From NCBI GenBank assembly GCA_050951325.1, contig JBMNIW010000010.1:1-47712 (forward strand): DNA of 47,712 nucleotides, in the 5' to 3' direction. The stretch is from Clostridia bacterium (GTDB lineage: Bacteria > Bacillota > Clostridia > UBA1212 > DUPL01). The notes under the pieces are model-generated. The model ran no database searches, was not told where the DNA came from, and was given only the letters and a program-made list of their open reading frames with translations. Numbering within the stretch: the first letter of the stretch is position 1; the number at the start of each line of letters is the position of its first letter. Of this stretch, positions 9,466 to 19,782 are shown in pieces. The position numbers and the translations under genes are program-made.

Positions 9466-10683
9466 CTATATCTTTCGATTATATAGTTCCGTATACACTT
9501 TAAGATAATCCCTTGCCATTCTCTCCTTGCTGTTTCTATACCTTGCTTCTTCTTTGACTTCCTTGGGTATACTGTCCTTTTTGTCAATATACTCAAGAAC
9601 CGCTTCATGAAGCTTGTCAACGCTGTATGCCTCCACTGCCATCCCCATTCCTTCGGGGATGGTTTCCTTTACTCCACCGGTATCAAACCCCACCACTGGA
9701 GTTCCGCAGGATACAGCTTCTATACATACGGTGGGATACGTCTCCCTTACACTTGTTATGACAAACAAGTCTGCCATGGAATAGTAAGCTGCAAGCTCTT
9801 TCTGATCATATATTCCACCAACAGCTATTACATTGTCAGGAAGGTGTGCATCTTGCACATTTCTTCCCACAAGCAAAATCTTAATATTATCTCCATCAAG
9901 CTTTCTGGCAAGCTCAACAAAGTATTTGCTGCCTTTTACAGGGTCATCAAAGTTTGCAGTTACATGAAGAAGTATCTTCTCATCCTTTAGTTTGTGCTTT
10001 TCTTTCAAATGCTCAAAAGGAACCGGTTTGAATATATTCTCAGTGTCTATGCCGTTTTTGATAACGCAAAATTCAAAATCCTTTGTTATTGGAGACTTTT
10101 GGGCACGACTTAAAATCCATTCCGAAGAAGCAACGATAATCAGATTGTTAAAGCCTTCAAAAGCACTCTTCATTCTTCTCCAGGCATACGCTGTAAAGTC
10201 GAAGAAATATGACTTTGTTGCATCCCACAAATACGGACACTTGCCGCAACCTGTCATATATCTCTCACAGTCAAAAGCATGAGGACAAGAACCTGTATGC
10301 ATGAATTCTGCATGCAGAGTCAGCACCGTCTTTATATTATTCTCCTTAAGAAAACACATAAGCCTCTTGATATTTACAAAATGCCCGTTTATGCAGTGAA
10401 GATGTACAATATCCGGTTTCTCCCGCTTAATTATTCCAATTATCCTGTTTGTAGAAAAAAAGCTTCCTGCATAAGGAATCCCTATTACCCGAGACTTTAA
10501 AGCATTGTATACAACCGCCATTTGGGTTGAGGTTTTATACACATTCCGCTCTTTTACCTTTTTTTCTCTTCCGTAAAGAACAATGGATTCATAACCCTTG
10601 TCAATTAGAGATTTATGAATGTCATATACAATTTTACCAGTACTGCCAACAGCATAAACCACATTCACATGCAGTATCTTCAT
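9466..10683 (-). CDS. GT4 glycosyltransferase (WcaC-like)
   Basis: MKILHVN..GSTG, PDIVHLH, TLH...TGSC, CGKCP, ADLFV, ETYPTVCIEAVSCGTPVV motifs. Confidence 0.88.
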   Translation of the reverse strand: MKILHVNVVYAVGSTGKIVYDIHKSLIDKGYESIVLYGREKKVKERNVYKTSTQMAVVYNALKSRVIGIPYAGSFFSTNRIIGIIKREKPDIVHLHCINGHFVNIKRLMCFLKENNIKTVLTLHAEFMHTGSCPHAFDCERYMTGCGKCPYLWDATKSYFFDFTAYAWRRMKSAFEGFNNLIIVASSEWILSRAQKSPITKDFEFCVIKNGIDTENIFKPVPFEHLKEKHKLKDEKILLHVTANFDDPVKGSKYFVELARKLDGDNIKILLVGRNVQDAHLPDNVIAVGGIYDQKELAAYYSMADLFVITSVRETYPTVCIEAVSCGTPVVGFDTGGVKETIPEGMGMAVEAYSVDKLHEAVLEYIDKKDSIPKEVKEEARYRNSKERMARDYLKVYTELYNRKI

Positions 10684-10746
10684 AACATTCCTCTTTCATC
10701 TTTTCTACACCATATTATATCCCACGCTCAAAAAAATTTAAAGGTA

Positions 10747-10778
10747 GAAAAAAGGCAGCCTGTATAAAGACCGCCTTT
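10747..10778 (-). terminator. Intrinsic terminator after GH38
   Basis: Minus strand reads AAGGCGGTCT-loop-AGGCTGCCTT then TTTTT, a stem with G-U pairs. Confidence 0.6.
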
Positions 10779-10785
10779 TAAACAT

Positions 10786-13260
10786 TTAAAATTCACTTAT
10801 TCCACTTTTGTCAATCCCATAAGTTGCAAACTCACGAGCTTTTACAATCACGCAAGATTCCACATCCATAGCAGGTAGCTTAATCTTTACTATCTGGTCA
10901 ACACCCGATGGATTAAACAGTCTGAGAATATATTTCTTTCCGTCATCTGCCAGTCTGAAACACGAAACTTCAACCACAGGATTTGAATCAATTAAAAGCG
11001 CAGGTTTTATGGCTGCAGTGCCTGATGCTGGCGGAAAGTATGACAAGGCCATAGGTTCTTCATTGAATACCTGAGCCTTTCTTCCAACATTATTTTCAAT
11101 GTACTCCTTGCTGCCTGCATCAATGCGCAAAACAAAGGTTCTTTCACCCTGGTCTATATAGTCGGAATGACGCTCCTGAGGCATGGTCTCCCTTCCTGGA
11201 AGAGGATGGGCAGTGTAGCTAGCAGACCTTACCAAGGATATTTTTAGTACCCCATCCTGAACACTGGAACCATATATCCCCTTGTTGATAACTGCAAGTG
11301 CCTTGTCTTCTTTTGCATCCTCAAGCATCAAAAACTTCTGGGAGACATTTTCCCTTCCTGTGCAAGGCAGTTTTTCAAGACCGAAAGCAACCTGTCCTAT
11401 GCAGTCAAACTCTTCAAAATTGCCAGGCACGTTAAGTTTAAGCATCTTCTGCTTCTCATTCCAGAATACATCAACCTTTATATCAATACTTGTACTGTGT
11501 TTTGGCAAATAATATTTAACAACAGCTTTTGAATCATTGTAGCCAAATACAGCTTCAACAACAGTTCGCACATCACCATCTTCAATGATTCTAACAGCTG
11601 GTATTTCTTCCTTAAGCATGCTGAATCTTGCAGCCTCGCTGTCTGAAAGCAGCAAGAAATTGCCCAAGGAATCTGTAAAGCTGGAAACAGTCATGCCCCA
11701 AGGATCGTAATTGTCATCCATGACTTCCAGTGAAAAAGCTCCTTTTTTAAGATAATCCACACCATCAACCCGGTAGCTGTCGACAAGTCCGGTTTTGCGG
11801 TTTATGGTTACATGCAATCTGTCTGTTGAGAAAATGTAATGAGTTGTGGAAGTCAGAATTGTGGGAACTGGCTTTTCGCTTACACGCTTGAATCTGCAGT
11901 CAAACCTGGTAACCTGCATGGGTTTCAACTCTGCATGGAATACAACCTTCTTCCTCCAGTCAATAGGGATTGTACTGTATTCCTTTTCCTGCTGTGTCGG
12001 AAGCTTCTTGTCGCCTTCATACACTGTAGGCAAATCAAAGGTATGGGTCCAATTCTGATCCCACATCATGAACTCACACTCAAAATCTCCTTCAACAGGA
12101 AAAGGGTGAGGGTTGTATACAAGAATAGGTATTGCATCCTCTTTGGCAGCTTCCTGGTCCTTGCATAGATTGAAAAACGCTCTGGCCTTCAATTTTGATA
12201 CAATCTCAAGACCATGATATATCTTCTGCAAACAAGTTTCCTCAACAGGCTTCGTACAGGTTCCAGGCAGATAGTCGTGGAACTGGGCAAGCAAGAGTTC
12301 CTCCATTGCTTTTTCAAGTTCTTCATGAGGATATTCCATAAGACCATTTGCATGGGCATGCGCACACATGCGTTCAGTCATGAAGTACATATTTTCAAGT
12401 TCCCTGTACTTTTGCTTTACCAGCACCTGGCTGGTATAACAGCCTACCGAGTGGTAGTTTAAATCCTTTTCATGGACATAAAGCTGTTTACCACTCTTCC
12501 TTACATCTTCAAAATACTTTTCTGGAGTGGAGTGCAGTACAGTGACACCCTTTTCCTTCTGCTCTTTAATAAATTCAGCAATCCTCTCTATATCTATTCT
12601 TGAAGGACCGCCACCATGGTTGCCAACACCCCACATGGCAAGTACTACTTCATCATCCTTATATTTTTCCATCTCATTGACAATGCTGCCAACTGCATTG
12701 CCCAAGGCACTGCCGTAAAAAGATGGCCTGTGGCATATGACGGAGGAGCCGTCATAACCAACCCATATGTACGTATCAGACTCAAGCGGGCAGGTTTCTT
12801 GCGCAGGTCTTGTATGTAGATAGCTGTCATATCCAAATTTGGTTAATATCTGAACAAGTCCTCTCGTATGTCCAAAGGAGTCCAGATTGACAGCCGTGGT
12901 TGGCTTGACTCCAAATTTTTCTTCAAAGTATTTTCTGCCTGCTTCAATCTGTCTTATAAAAGCCTCTCCGGATGGCATGTTGCAGTCTGGCTGGACATAC
13001 CAGCCGCCCATAATGTGCCACCTGCCCTCTTTTACAAGCCTTTGTATTCTTTCAAACAATTCAGGCTCGTATTCCTCCACCCATTTATACAGGAGAGCTT
13101 CATTGTGGTTGAAAATATATCCGTCAAATTTCTCACTCAGTTCTGCGGCAACTCGAAAAGTGGACAGGGCACAACCAGCGCCTTCTTCCCAATCCCATTG
13201 CCACATAGGGTCAATATGTGCATTTGATATTAAATGTACAACTTTTTTCACTACTCCCAC
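10786..13260 (-). CDS. GH38 alpha-mannosidase, cytoplasmic
   Basis: NAHIDPMWQW, GGWYVQPDCNMPSGE, DSFGH, GVGNHGGGP and QFHD motifs; no signal peptide. The start may be the GTG at 13251. Confidence 0.92.
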   Translation of the reverse strand: MGVVKKVVHLISNAHIDPMWQWDWEEGAGCALSTFRVAAELSEKFDGYIFNHNEALLYKWVEEYEPELFERIQRLVKEGRWHIMGGWYVQPDCNMPSGEAFIRQIEAGRKYFEEKFGVKPTTAVNLDSFGHTRGLVQILTKFGYDSYLHTRPAQETCPLESDTYIWVGYDGSSVICHRPSFYGSALGNAVGSIVNEMEKYKDDEVVLAMWGVGNHGGGPSRIDIERIAEFIKEQKEKGVTVLHSTPEKYFEDVRKSGKQLYVHEKDLNYHSVGCYTSQVLVKQKYRELENMYFMTERMCAHAHANGLMEYPHEELEKAMEELLLAQFHDYLPGTCTKPVEETCLQKIYHGLEIVSKLKARAFFNLCKDQEAAKEDAIPILVYNPHPFPVEGDFECEFMMWDQNWTHTFDLPTVYEGDKKLPTQQEKEYSTIPIDWRKKVVFHAELKPMQVTRFDCRFKRVSEKPVPTILTSTTHYIFSTDRLHVTINRKTGLVDSYRVDGVDYLKKGAFSLEVMDDNYDPWGMTVSSFTDSLGNFLLLSDSEAARFSMLKEEIPAVRIIEDGDVRTVVEAVFGYNDSKAVVKYYLPKHSTSIDIKVDVFWNEKQKMLKLNVPGNFEEFDCIGQVAFGLEKLPCTGRENVSQKFLMLEDAKEDKALAVINKGIYGSSVQDGVLKISLVRSASYTAHPLPGRETMPQERHSDYIDQGERTFVLRIDAGSKEYIENNVGRKAQVFNEEPMALSYFPPASGTAAIKPALLIDSNPVVEVSCFRLADDGKKYILRLFNPSGVDQIVKIKLPAMDVESCVIVKAREFATYGIDKSGISEF

Positions 13261-13458
13261 CTCTTGTTGTTAATATTGAAAATATAGCATAGGATTATAT
13301 GTTAGTCCATAGTATACAGATAAAATTAATATCAAACAAAGCTGCAATCTCAAATTTCTCATCAAATTCAAATCAAGGAACCTATTATTCATTTACTTTT
13401 TCCAACCTAAACTACTTGTTTTTTTTACATATTTTCCATATAATATGACGAAAAATAC

Positions 13459-13493
13459 CATTTGGAACATTTAGAGGACATTTTGGAACATGG
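13459..13493 (+). promoter_or_regulatory. Direct-repeat regulator site candidate
   Basis: TTTGGAACAT at 13461 and 13482 (21-bp period), with a partial GGACATTT copy between them, in the divergent intergenic region. Confidence 0.45.
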
Positions 13494-13589
13494 ACGGTTT
13501 TTTCTCAGTGTTTTATGCTATACTTATAACAAGTGTATACACGGTATAAAGCAACTTTAAAGTTGTAAAAAAAGTATAGGAGGTTTAAC

Positions 13590-14163
13590 ATGAAAAAAAG
13601 TAAAGTTTTTTTGTGTAATGATCCTTTTAGTTTTGTTACTAGGTGGCATATCTGTAAATGCTGCCTCAGCGCTCCTTGACTTACAGTTGTTGTACAGTAG
13701 AGTTTATAATTATCCTCCACAACATCGTTATCTGGAGGGGTACGCAACTTTTAACTTAACACAAAGCGATATGCGTAAGGATAAGAATACATACGAACAA
13801 ACAAAAAGAGTAGCACATAAGCTTTTTGCTCACGATGAGGCATATTACAATATGATAAAAATAGAAGATAGAGCAAGCCTCAAACTGAACTATCAAGCTT
13901 ATGTTTTAGCCCCATACCACCCAGTTAACAATCCAAATGGAGGGAACTATGGTGGAGATCCTTGTTACGTATTGGTTCAGGCTGGGGATTTCTATCAAGG
14001 TCTCAATTCGATGTCATCCGTAGCCTATGTGGACACAATTATGATGGCACCCATTGGTGATACTTGGGTAAAAGAAGAAATACTTGCATGGGTATATGGT
14101 GGTGTGCAAGCGTTTGTTGATACCAAGTATATAACTGACTCACAGCCATCATATAAGTATTAA
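13590..14163 (+). CDS. Secreted Tyr-rich protein of unknown function, with a frameshift in the signal peptide
   Basis: AGGAGG RBS then ATG at 13590. Removing one base from A7 (13593-13599) or T7 (13606-13612) joins it to ORF 13618..14163 and gives a Sec signal, MKKSKVFCVMILLVLLLGGISVNA. Confidence 0.7.
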
Positions 14164-14198
14164 CACAATCCCGACCATTTTGGTCGAGATTGTGTTAA
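14160..14198 (+). other. Strong hairpin between the secreted-protein gene and the permeases
   Basis: TTAACACAATCCCGACC...GGTCGAGATTGTGTTAA is a near-perfect 17-bp stem with no long T tract. Confidence 0.65.
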
Positions 14199-14231
14199 TG
14201 AAGCTTATTTCTTTTGAGAGGAAGAAGAGAA

Positions 14232-15539
14232 ATGTTTAAATATATCTCAAAAATTACCATTAACAAAAAAAGTATACTGAAGCATATATTACATATATTA
14301 ATCAATATAATTATTGTTTATGTGATAATCTCAAATTTACTAAGTATATATGCTGGCCATATTAGAACTATTTGGCCTGTAAAATATGCTGATTACGATG
14401 CTGTATTGAGCGGTACCACATATAACGATTTAATATTAGAGATAGACACAAATAATATTGACGAGTTTGTTGGATTTTCAATGCCGATGTGGTATGCAAG
14501 ATTTATAAAAGGAAATAAAAGTTATTCTAAACCAGAAGAGGAAGGAATACCTTCCATTTTAGGTGCATCATCAAATAAAAATTCTTTGATTACAGCATAT
14601 GAGATGTTACTTAAGGGTTGTATTATAGATAAAGATGAGTCTTTATTCTCCTTGGAAAACGGAATTTTTATATCTGATAAAATTGCAGTTGAGATTGGAG
14701 CAAAAGTTGGAGATAAAATAAAACTCCAGCTTCCGATTAATCCGGGAAAAGTATCAGATCAAGAGAAAATCAATGGGTTTGATAATGATTTAATCTATGA
14801 TTTTGTTGTAGCAGCAATATATAGAGCCCCTTTTGTTTCCCTTTCGTTTATTGATATTGAAATGTATCATAAAATCGGAAAGGACTATCTTATAGGTGGT
14901 GGAGATGATAAATACTTCATGTATATGAATCATGTCTACATAAAATTTATCAATACGGACGCAGGCTTAAAAGAACTTGAAAGTTTTCGTTCAACACCTA
15001 TTTCTATGTATTTAGAACATGGAGATAATTGGAGAGATAAAATTAAGGAAAATGAATTTTTATATAAAATATATTTAGAATCAGCAGGTAAGGGATTTGA
15101 GAAACATAGTACCCTCTTAAAATATGCAGAAAAATACAGTACCATTGATACAAGAGTAGTTGTTTTTTATGCGTTGGCTGCATCAATTGCAATCAGTCTG
15201 CTTTTTATCAGCAAAAACACTAAGGCTATAAATACTGGCATGAAAAGTTTTGGTGTACTGTCAGCTTCCGGAATGCCAAGCAAAACATTTTTTATCTACT
15301 TTGTATTAACTACTTTTATAGAACAGACTGTCTTGTTAGTATTAGTCCATCTTGGAAAAACATTATTTTTTATCTATAGAAATGACACATGGTTTTATTA
15401 CATGACTAATTCATTTGTACGGATACGTATTTATTTTCCCATAATAATTGGAATAGTACTATCATCTTTATTCACTGGTATTTATGCAAAAAGCATTATA
15501 AGCAAACGTAAAATATTGTCAGCATTATCATCGGAATAA
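14232..15539 (+). CDS. FtsX/MacB-like ABC permease A
   Basis: N-terminal TM, large extracellular loop with IFISDKIA..GAKVGDKI and VVAAIY, then FGVLSASGM and three C-terminal TMs. Confidence 0.7.
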   Translation: MFKYISKITINKKSILKHILHILINIIIVYVIISNLLSIYAGHIRTIWPVKYADYDAVLSGTTYNDLILEIDTNNIDEFVGFSMPMWYARFIKGNKSYSKPEEEGIPSILGASSNKNSLITAYEMLLKGCIIDKDESLFSLENGIFISDKIAVEIGAKVGDKIKLQLPINPGKVSDQEKINGFDNDLIYDFVVAAIYRAPFVSLSFIDIEMYHKIGKDYLIGGGDDKYFMYMNHVYIKFINTDAGLKELESFRSTPISMYLEHGDNWRDKIKENEFLYKIYLESAGKGFEKHSTLLKYAEKYSTIDTRVVVFYALAASIAISLLFISKNTKAINTGMKSFGVLSASGMPSKTFFIYFVLTTFIEQTVLLVLVHLGKTLFFIYRNDTWFYYMTNSFVRIRIYFPIIIGIVLSSLFTGIYAKSIISKRKILSALSSE

Positions 15540-15544
15540 GGAGT

Positions 15545-16714
15545 ATGATTATGTTAATTATAAGATATGTCTTAGCTCTATGGAAAAGAAAAACACTTGG
15601 TCAGTTAATATCATTATTATATATAACCCCAACATTCATCATAATTATATGCACAGTACTACAGATGTTGATGCCTGTTGCATCCAGCATTATTTTTGAA
15701 ACCAATAGCAATTATACATACATGTATAGTGGGGATTTTTTTACTGTTACTGATAACGGTATTGATATAAGTAATGATGCCGTCTATTTTTTGAATTCAG
15801 ACGATGCTGCCACATATTTATATAAACCATTTGTAATATCTTCCAAGTATGACAATACATTTATAGTCGATGGGCATCCATTTTCCGAAATTAACAAACT
15901 GGATAATCTATATATTGCCATGAAGGAAAAGGAGTTGTCATTTGGATTATTCACACGCAAAAATTTGATAACTAGGTATAATACGTCGAATAACGTTCTT
16001 TCAACCTATCCAGAAATATATATTTCCTATAATTCAGCCAGAATTCTTGAAGTCGCTCCGGGAGATAAGATTATAGTTAAAGTTAATAAAGGTTACATTG
16101 AATGCCAAGTCAGTGGAATTCTAAGACCAAATTACGAAGACCTGTCTTACTCACGCAACTGGCTCGACTATACCGAGGTAACGTCATTTCCAGCACTCCT
16201 TATTGTTGACGAGAATACATTTTATGACATAGCTAATGGCCATCATGACATTTCAGTACGTGTTTTTACAAATAAAGAATTTATACCTAACAGTTTTGAT
16301 ATGTATTTAAAAGCAAGCAAAATTAACTCTTATAAAGAGCTTTTAATGTCGAGCAGTCTTATAACACGATTGGCTTCACAAGTGCTTATGATTGCTGCTG
16401 TATTAATAATTGTAATACAACTAGAGTATGGATTTACACAAAAAAAGAATGCAAAAGATATTGAGGTATTAGCAAAGCTCGGAATGAACAAAAAGCAAAT
16501 ATCATTAACATTGACCACACATGTATGTATTGTTTGCTTTATCTGTTTAATTCTGGCATCATTGATATGTCGCTTTATATATTTTGATATTTTAATTGAC
16601 ATGTATTGTGAAACTTTAGTATTCTTAATAACATATCTACTACTTGCAGTGATATGTATATTAATTTTGGTAATCCGATATATTTTTGCAAAGAAATATT
16701 ATTCATCATTTTGA
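15545..16714 (+). CDS. FtsX/MacB-like ABC permease B
   Basis: Same topology as A. IYISYNSARILEVAPGDKI, VSGIL and IEVLAKLGM motifs. Confidence 0.7.
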   Translation: MIMLIIRYVLALWKRKTLGQLISLLYITPTFIIIICTVLQMLMPVASSIIFETNSNYTYMYSGDFFTVTDNGIDISNDAVYFLNSDDAATYLYKPFVISSKYDNTFIVDGHPFSEINKLDNLYIAMKEKELSFGLFTRKNLITRYNTSNNVLSTYPEIYISYNSARILEVAPGDKIIVKVNKGYIECQVSGILRPNYEDLSYSRNWLDYTEVTSFPALLIVDENTFYDIANGHHDISVRVFTNKEFIPNSFDMYLKASKINSYKELLMSSSLITRLASQVLMIAAVLIIVIQLEYGFTQKKNAKDIEVLAKLGMNKKQISLTLTTHVCIVCFICLILASLICRFIYFDILIDMYCETLVFLITYLLLAVICILILVIRYIFAKKYYSSF

Positions 16715-16728
16715 AGAGGAGGTTGCAT

Positions 16729-17400
16729 ATGAGTTTCATTGAGTTCAAAGAAGTTGATCTAACATTTCAGACAAAAGTACAGAGAATACCAATATTCAAG
16801 GGATTGAATCTGGAGATTGAAAAAGGAGAATTCATCACCATTGCTGGACCATCCGGCAAAGGAAAATCAACACTTTTAAACCTTGTTTCAGGTTTCGTCA
16901 AACCTACAGGCGGAGAAATCTGGGTTGACGGCAAAAACCTAAGCAAAATGAATGACACACAGGTATGTGATTACAGAAACAAACGTATAGGTTACATATT
17001 CCAAACCTTTAATCTCATTCAGCAGTTTAATGTAAGGGACAATGTGGCAGTTCCTCTGCTTCTATCAGGTATGAAGAAGAAGCAGGCTTATGAAAAAGTG
17101 GAAGAACTTTTAGACAAGGTCGGCATGACAAACAGAATTCTTGAATATCCAAGAACCTTGTCGGGTGGCGAGCAGCAGAGGGTTGCCTTTGCAAGAGCCA
17201 TTGCAAACAATCCTGACATAATCCTTGCTGACGAACCCACTGGAAACCTGGACACAAAGAACGGTGAGCTTATTGTTAATCTTCTCATGGAAGCAAATAA
17301 GGAAAATGGTACAACTGTACTTTGTGTGTCCCATGATGAGAGAATTATTGAAAAAGGACAAAGAACGATACTAATTGAAGAAATAACCTGCGTAGAGTAG
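16729..17400 (+). CDS. ABC transporter ATP-binding protein (LolD/MacB-type)
   Basis: GPSGKGKST, LSGGEQQRVAFARA, ILADEPTGNLD and SHD motifs. Start at the ATG at 16729 after AGGAGG. Confidence 0.95.
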   Translation: MSFIEFKEVDLTFQTKVQRIPIFKGLNLEIEKGEFITIAGPSGKGKSTLLNLVSGFVKPTGGEIWVDGKNLSKMNDTQVCDYRNKRIGYIFQTFNLIQQFNVRDNVAVPLLLSGMKKKQAYEKVEELLDKVGMTNRILEYPRTLSGGEQQRVAFARAIANNPDIILADEPTGNLDTKNGELIVNLLMEANKENGTTVLCVSHDERIIEKGQRTILIEEITCVE

Positions 17401-17424
17401 GTAGAAATACAAGGAGACAATTTT

Positions 17425-18651
17425 ATGACAAGAATGATATTATTGGGCAGAGTTTTCTTCTCAAGGAAATCAGCCTTGCTTTCCATGCTCAACAATCTGT
17501 TGAAACTGATAATTTTTTTCTTCATAATCTTATTCTCTATAATACCGATTGTAAGATATCAATATACAATAGATAAGCTGCTATACAGCAACTATGATGC
17601 ATTGGTACAAGGATGCTCCGAACATATGTACAGCAGATTTGATAAAGATGCTAATGTAACTGGACTTGTTGCAATAACCACTACTATGAGTAGTACACTT
17701 GTTCATGGAAGCAACAGGACAACAACTAGATTGGCTGCTGTCTATGACGATAATCTTGATGCATTAACAGAGTATGTGCTTACTGATGAGCTGTTTGTAA
17801 AAAAAGATGACAGTCTAATGAATAAAAGCAATGCGTTACTCCTTAGTTATTGGACAAGCAAAAACATAAAGGCTGACATAGGAGATGTTGTTAGAATAGA
17901 GGACCTGGACCTTGAATATGTTTTGGCCGGCATTTATTCGGATTCCTATTCAAATGCTTCCGCTATTGTTTTGGGTTCATCACACGAGGGTAAGGCAGCC
18001 AAGTTTTTTGACAATCTTCTGAAAGGAAGATTATACGGCACTGTCTACTTAAAGTTCGAAGACATAAAAGCCGGGCTGGATGACATAGACGATAATTATT
18101 ATAGGGATTTTCCTCTTTACAGAAAATACGGCGAAAACTATCTGGTAGAAGCTGCTGACGATGAACTTCTACAGGCAAAGAGCAGCGCACAAATTAGAAC
18201 AGAACAACTTAGGAGAACAGAGCTTTCTTTCAAGTATTCAGATAGCCCCTTCGACAAGAGCTATGCATACTATATCATCCCCATAGGAATGATGATGGTA
18301 TGCCTGCTGACAGTCCAGGAAAACAACAAGCGAATACAGCTGGGGTTGAAGCCCGTTGCCATACTGAGCATTAGCGGTATATCCAAAATGCATATATTTT
18401 TATACTTCCTGTTTGACTCATTTATTAAAACGAGTATTCTACAGCTGTTGACCATTTACATAACCTTGTTAATATTCAGAGCACAAGAGATATACACACC
18501 TTCTGATTTGATGCTTGGCTATACACTTCTGTATATTTTTAGCATATTAATTGCGTCAGTAATATCTGCCCATATCAGCATAAAGAAGCTCGGAGAGGAA
18601 CATATAATGGCGGCATTAAACGATGAAGACATACAGGAGGATTTGCTATGA
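17425..18651 (+). CDS. FtsX/MacB-like ABC permease A' (paralog of A)
   Basis: YSNYDALVQG, KADIGDVV, VLAGIY, VYLKF..KAGL and AILSISGIS align with permease A. Confidence 0.7.
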   Translation: MTRMILLGRVFFSRKSALLSMLNNLLKLIIFFFIILFSIIPIVRYQYTIDKLLYSNYDALVQGCSEHMYSRFDKDANVTGLVAITTTMSSTLVHGSNRTTTRLAAVYDDNLDALTEYVLTDELFVKKDDSLMNKSNALLLSYWTSKNIKADIGDVVRIEDLDLEYVLAGIYSDSYSNASAIVLGSSHEGKAAKFFDNLLKGRLYGTVYLKFEDIKAGLDDIDDNYYRDFPLYRKYGENYLVEAADDELLQAKSSAQIRTEQLRRTELSFKYSDSPFDKSYAYYIIPIGMMMVCLLTVQENNKRIQLGLKPVAILSISGISKMHIFLYFLFDSFIKTSILQLLTIYITLLIFRAQEIYTPSDLMLGYTLLYIFSILIASVISAHISIKKLGEEHIMAALNDEDIQEDLL

Positions 18652-19781
18652 CTTTCTTTTATACGAAATATATATGGGCGGTTTGGAAAAGGGCGAAAAA
18701 TGTAAACATACTGACGGTGGTATACATGATACCGTTTCTGACTTTTATTATGTCACTATTGTCGACCAACATATTTCCCGTTATCGCCCAATATGCTTTT
18801 ATTAACAACAGCAATTACAATTATATGTACAAACTTGACTATATGACAGACCAAAAGATACTTGAGGATCTGAATCAGGAATCTTTGTTCATAGGAAACC
18901 ATAACTCGATATATGTGTATAAGGAAGATATTATAACCGCCGGTATGCAGAGCTTAATACACCTTGGTACACCCGACAGCAGCTTGACCCATACCAAGTT
19001 TACAATAGATAACTTCTTATCCTTTAATGGAGAATTAAAGGATAACAGTATCTATTTGTCCTATGATTGTACCAAAGCATTAAATTTGCATTTGGGAGAT
19101 ACCTGTACCATTGAATTTAATAAATATGATCATACTACAAAAACATCATATAAAAGAAAAGTCGAGTTTAAAGTCGCTGGAATATTGAAACCAAACTATG
19201 AGGATTCCCAACCCTCCAGATCACCAAACAATAACTTAAGCCTTGCAATTCTGGATGAAGAATCACTAAATTGGTTAAAGGATAAATCATGTCATTTCGA
19301 CGACAGGTACTATTACATTTACTATGCAAATGAATTTGTTGATTTGTCCAAGTATCAAGAGGACAATATTAATTTTTCATACAGTACAAAGGAGGATCTG
19401 TTAAGAAAAACCAAAGAATACTATCTGTCTCCTAGTGTACTTGTATCAAAAGGGGCAACAATAATTGTTTCATTCGCTACCCTGTTTGCAATACTGTTGT
19501 TTGAACTGAGATACTTGAGAAAAAAGCACTCAAGAAACATTCGAATAATATGCATGCTTGGCCTGTCCAGAAAAGGAGTAAAAGAGTTGTACATGGGTCT
19601 TGCACTTGCAAACTTTCTGATTGCCAGCATAATATCATTTGTTTTGCTTAAATTCATAATACTTGACCTGATTATAAAGCTATATTACACCTTTTTGCAA
19701 CTTTCGTTGCTATTCCTTGCAATCCTTGTCTTTTCAGTATTGTTTTCATATCTGCAGTCAAGGAAAATAAGAGTTGTTTAA
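18648..19781 (+). CDS. FtsX/MacB-like ABC permease B' (paralog of B)
   Basis: VWKR, NSNYNYMY, IYLSY, VAGILKPNYED and MLGLS align with permease B. Confidence 0.7.
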   Translation: MTFFYTKYIWAVWKRAKNVNILTVVYMIPFLTFIMSLLSTNIFPVIAQYAFINNSNYNYMYKLDYMTDQKILEDLNQESLFIGNHNSIYVYKEDIITAGMQSLIHLGTPDSSLTHTKFTIDNFLSFNGELKDNSIYLSYDCTKALNLHLGDTCTIEFNKYDHTTKTSYKRKVEFKVAGILKPNYEDSQPSRSPNNNLSLAILDEESLNWLKDKSCHFDDRYYYIYYANEFVDLSKYQEDNINFSYSTKEDLLRKTKEYYLSPSVLVSKGATIIVSFATLFAILLFELRYLRKKHSRNIRIICMLGLSRKGVKELYMGLALANFLIASIISFVLLKFIILDLIIKLYYTFLQLSLLFLAILVFSVLFSYLQSRKIRVV

Positions 19782-19782
19782 A

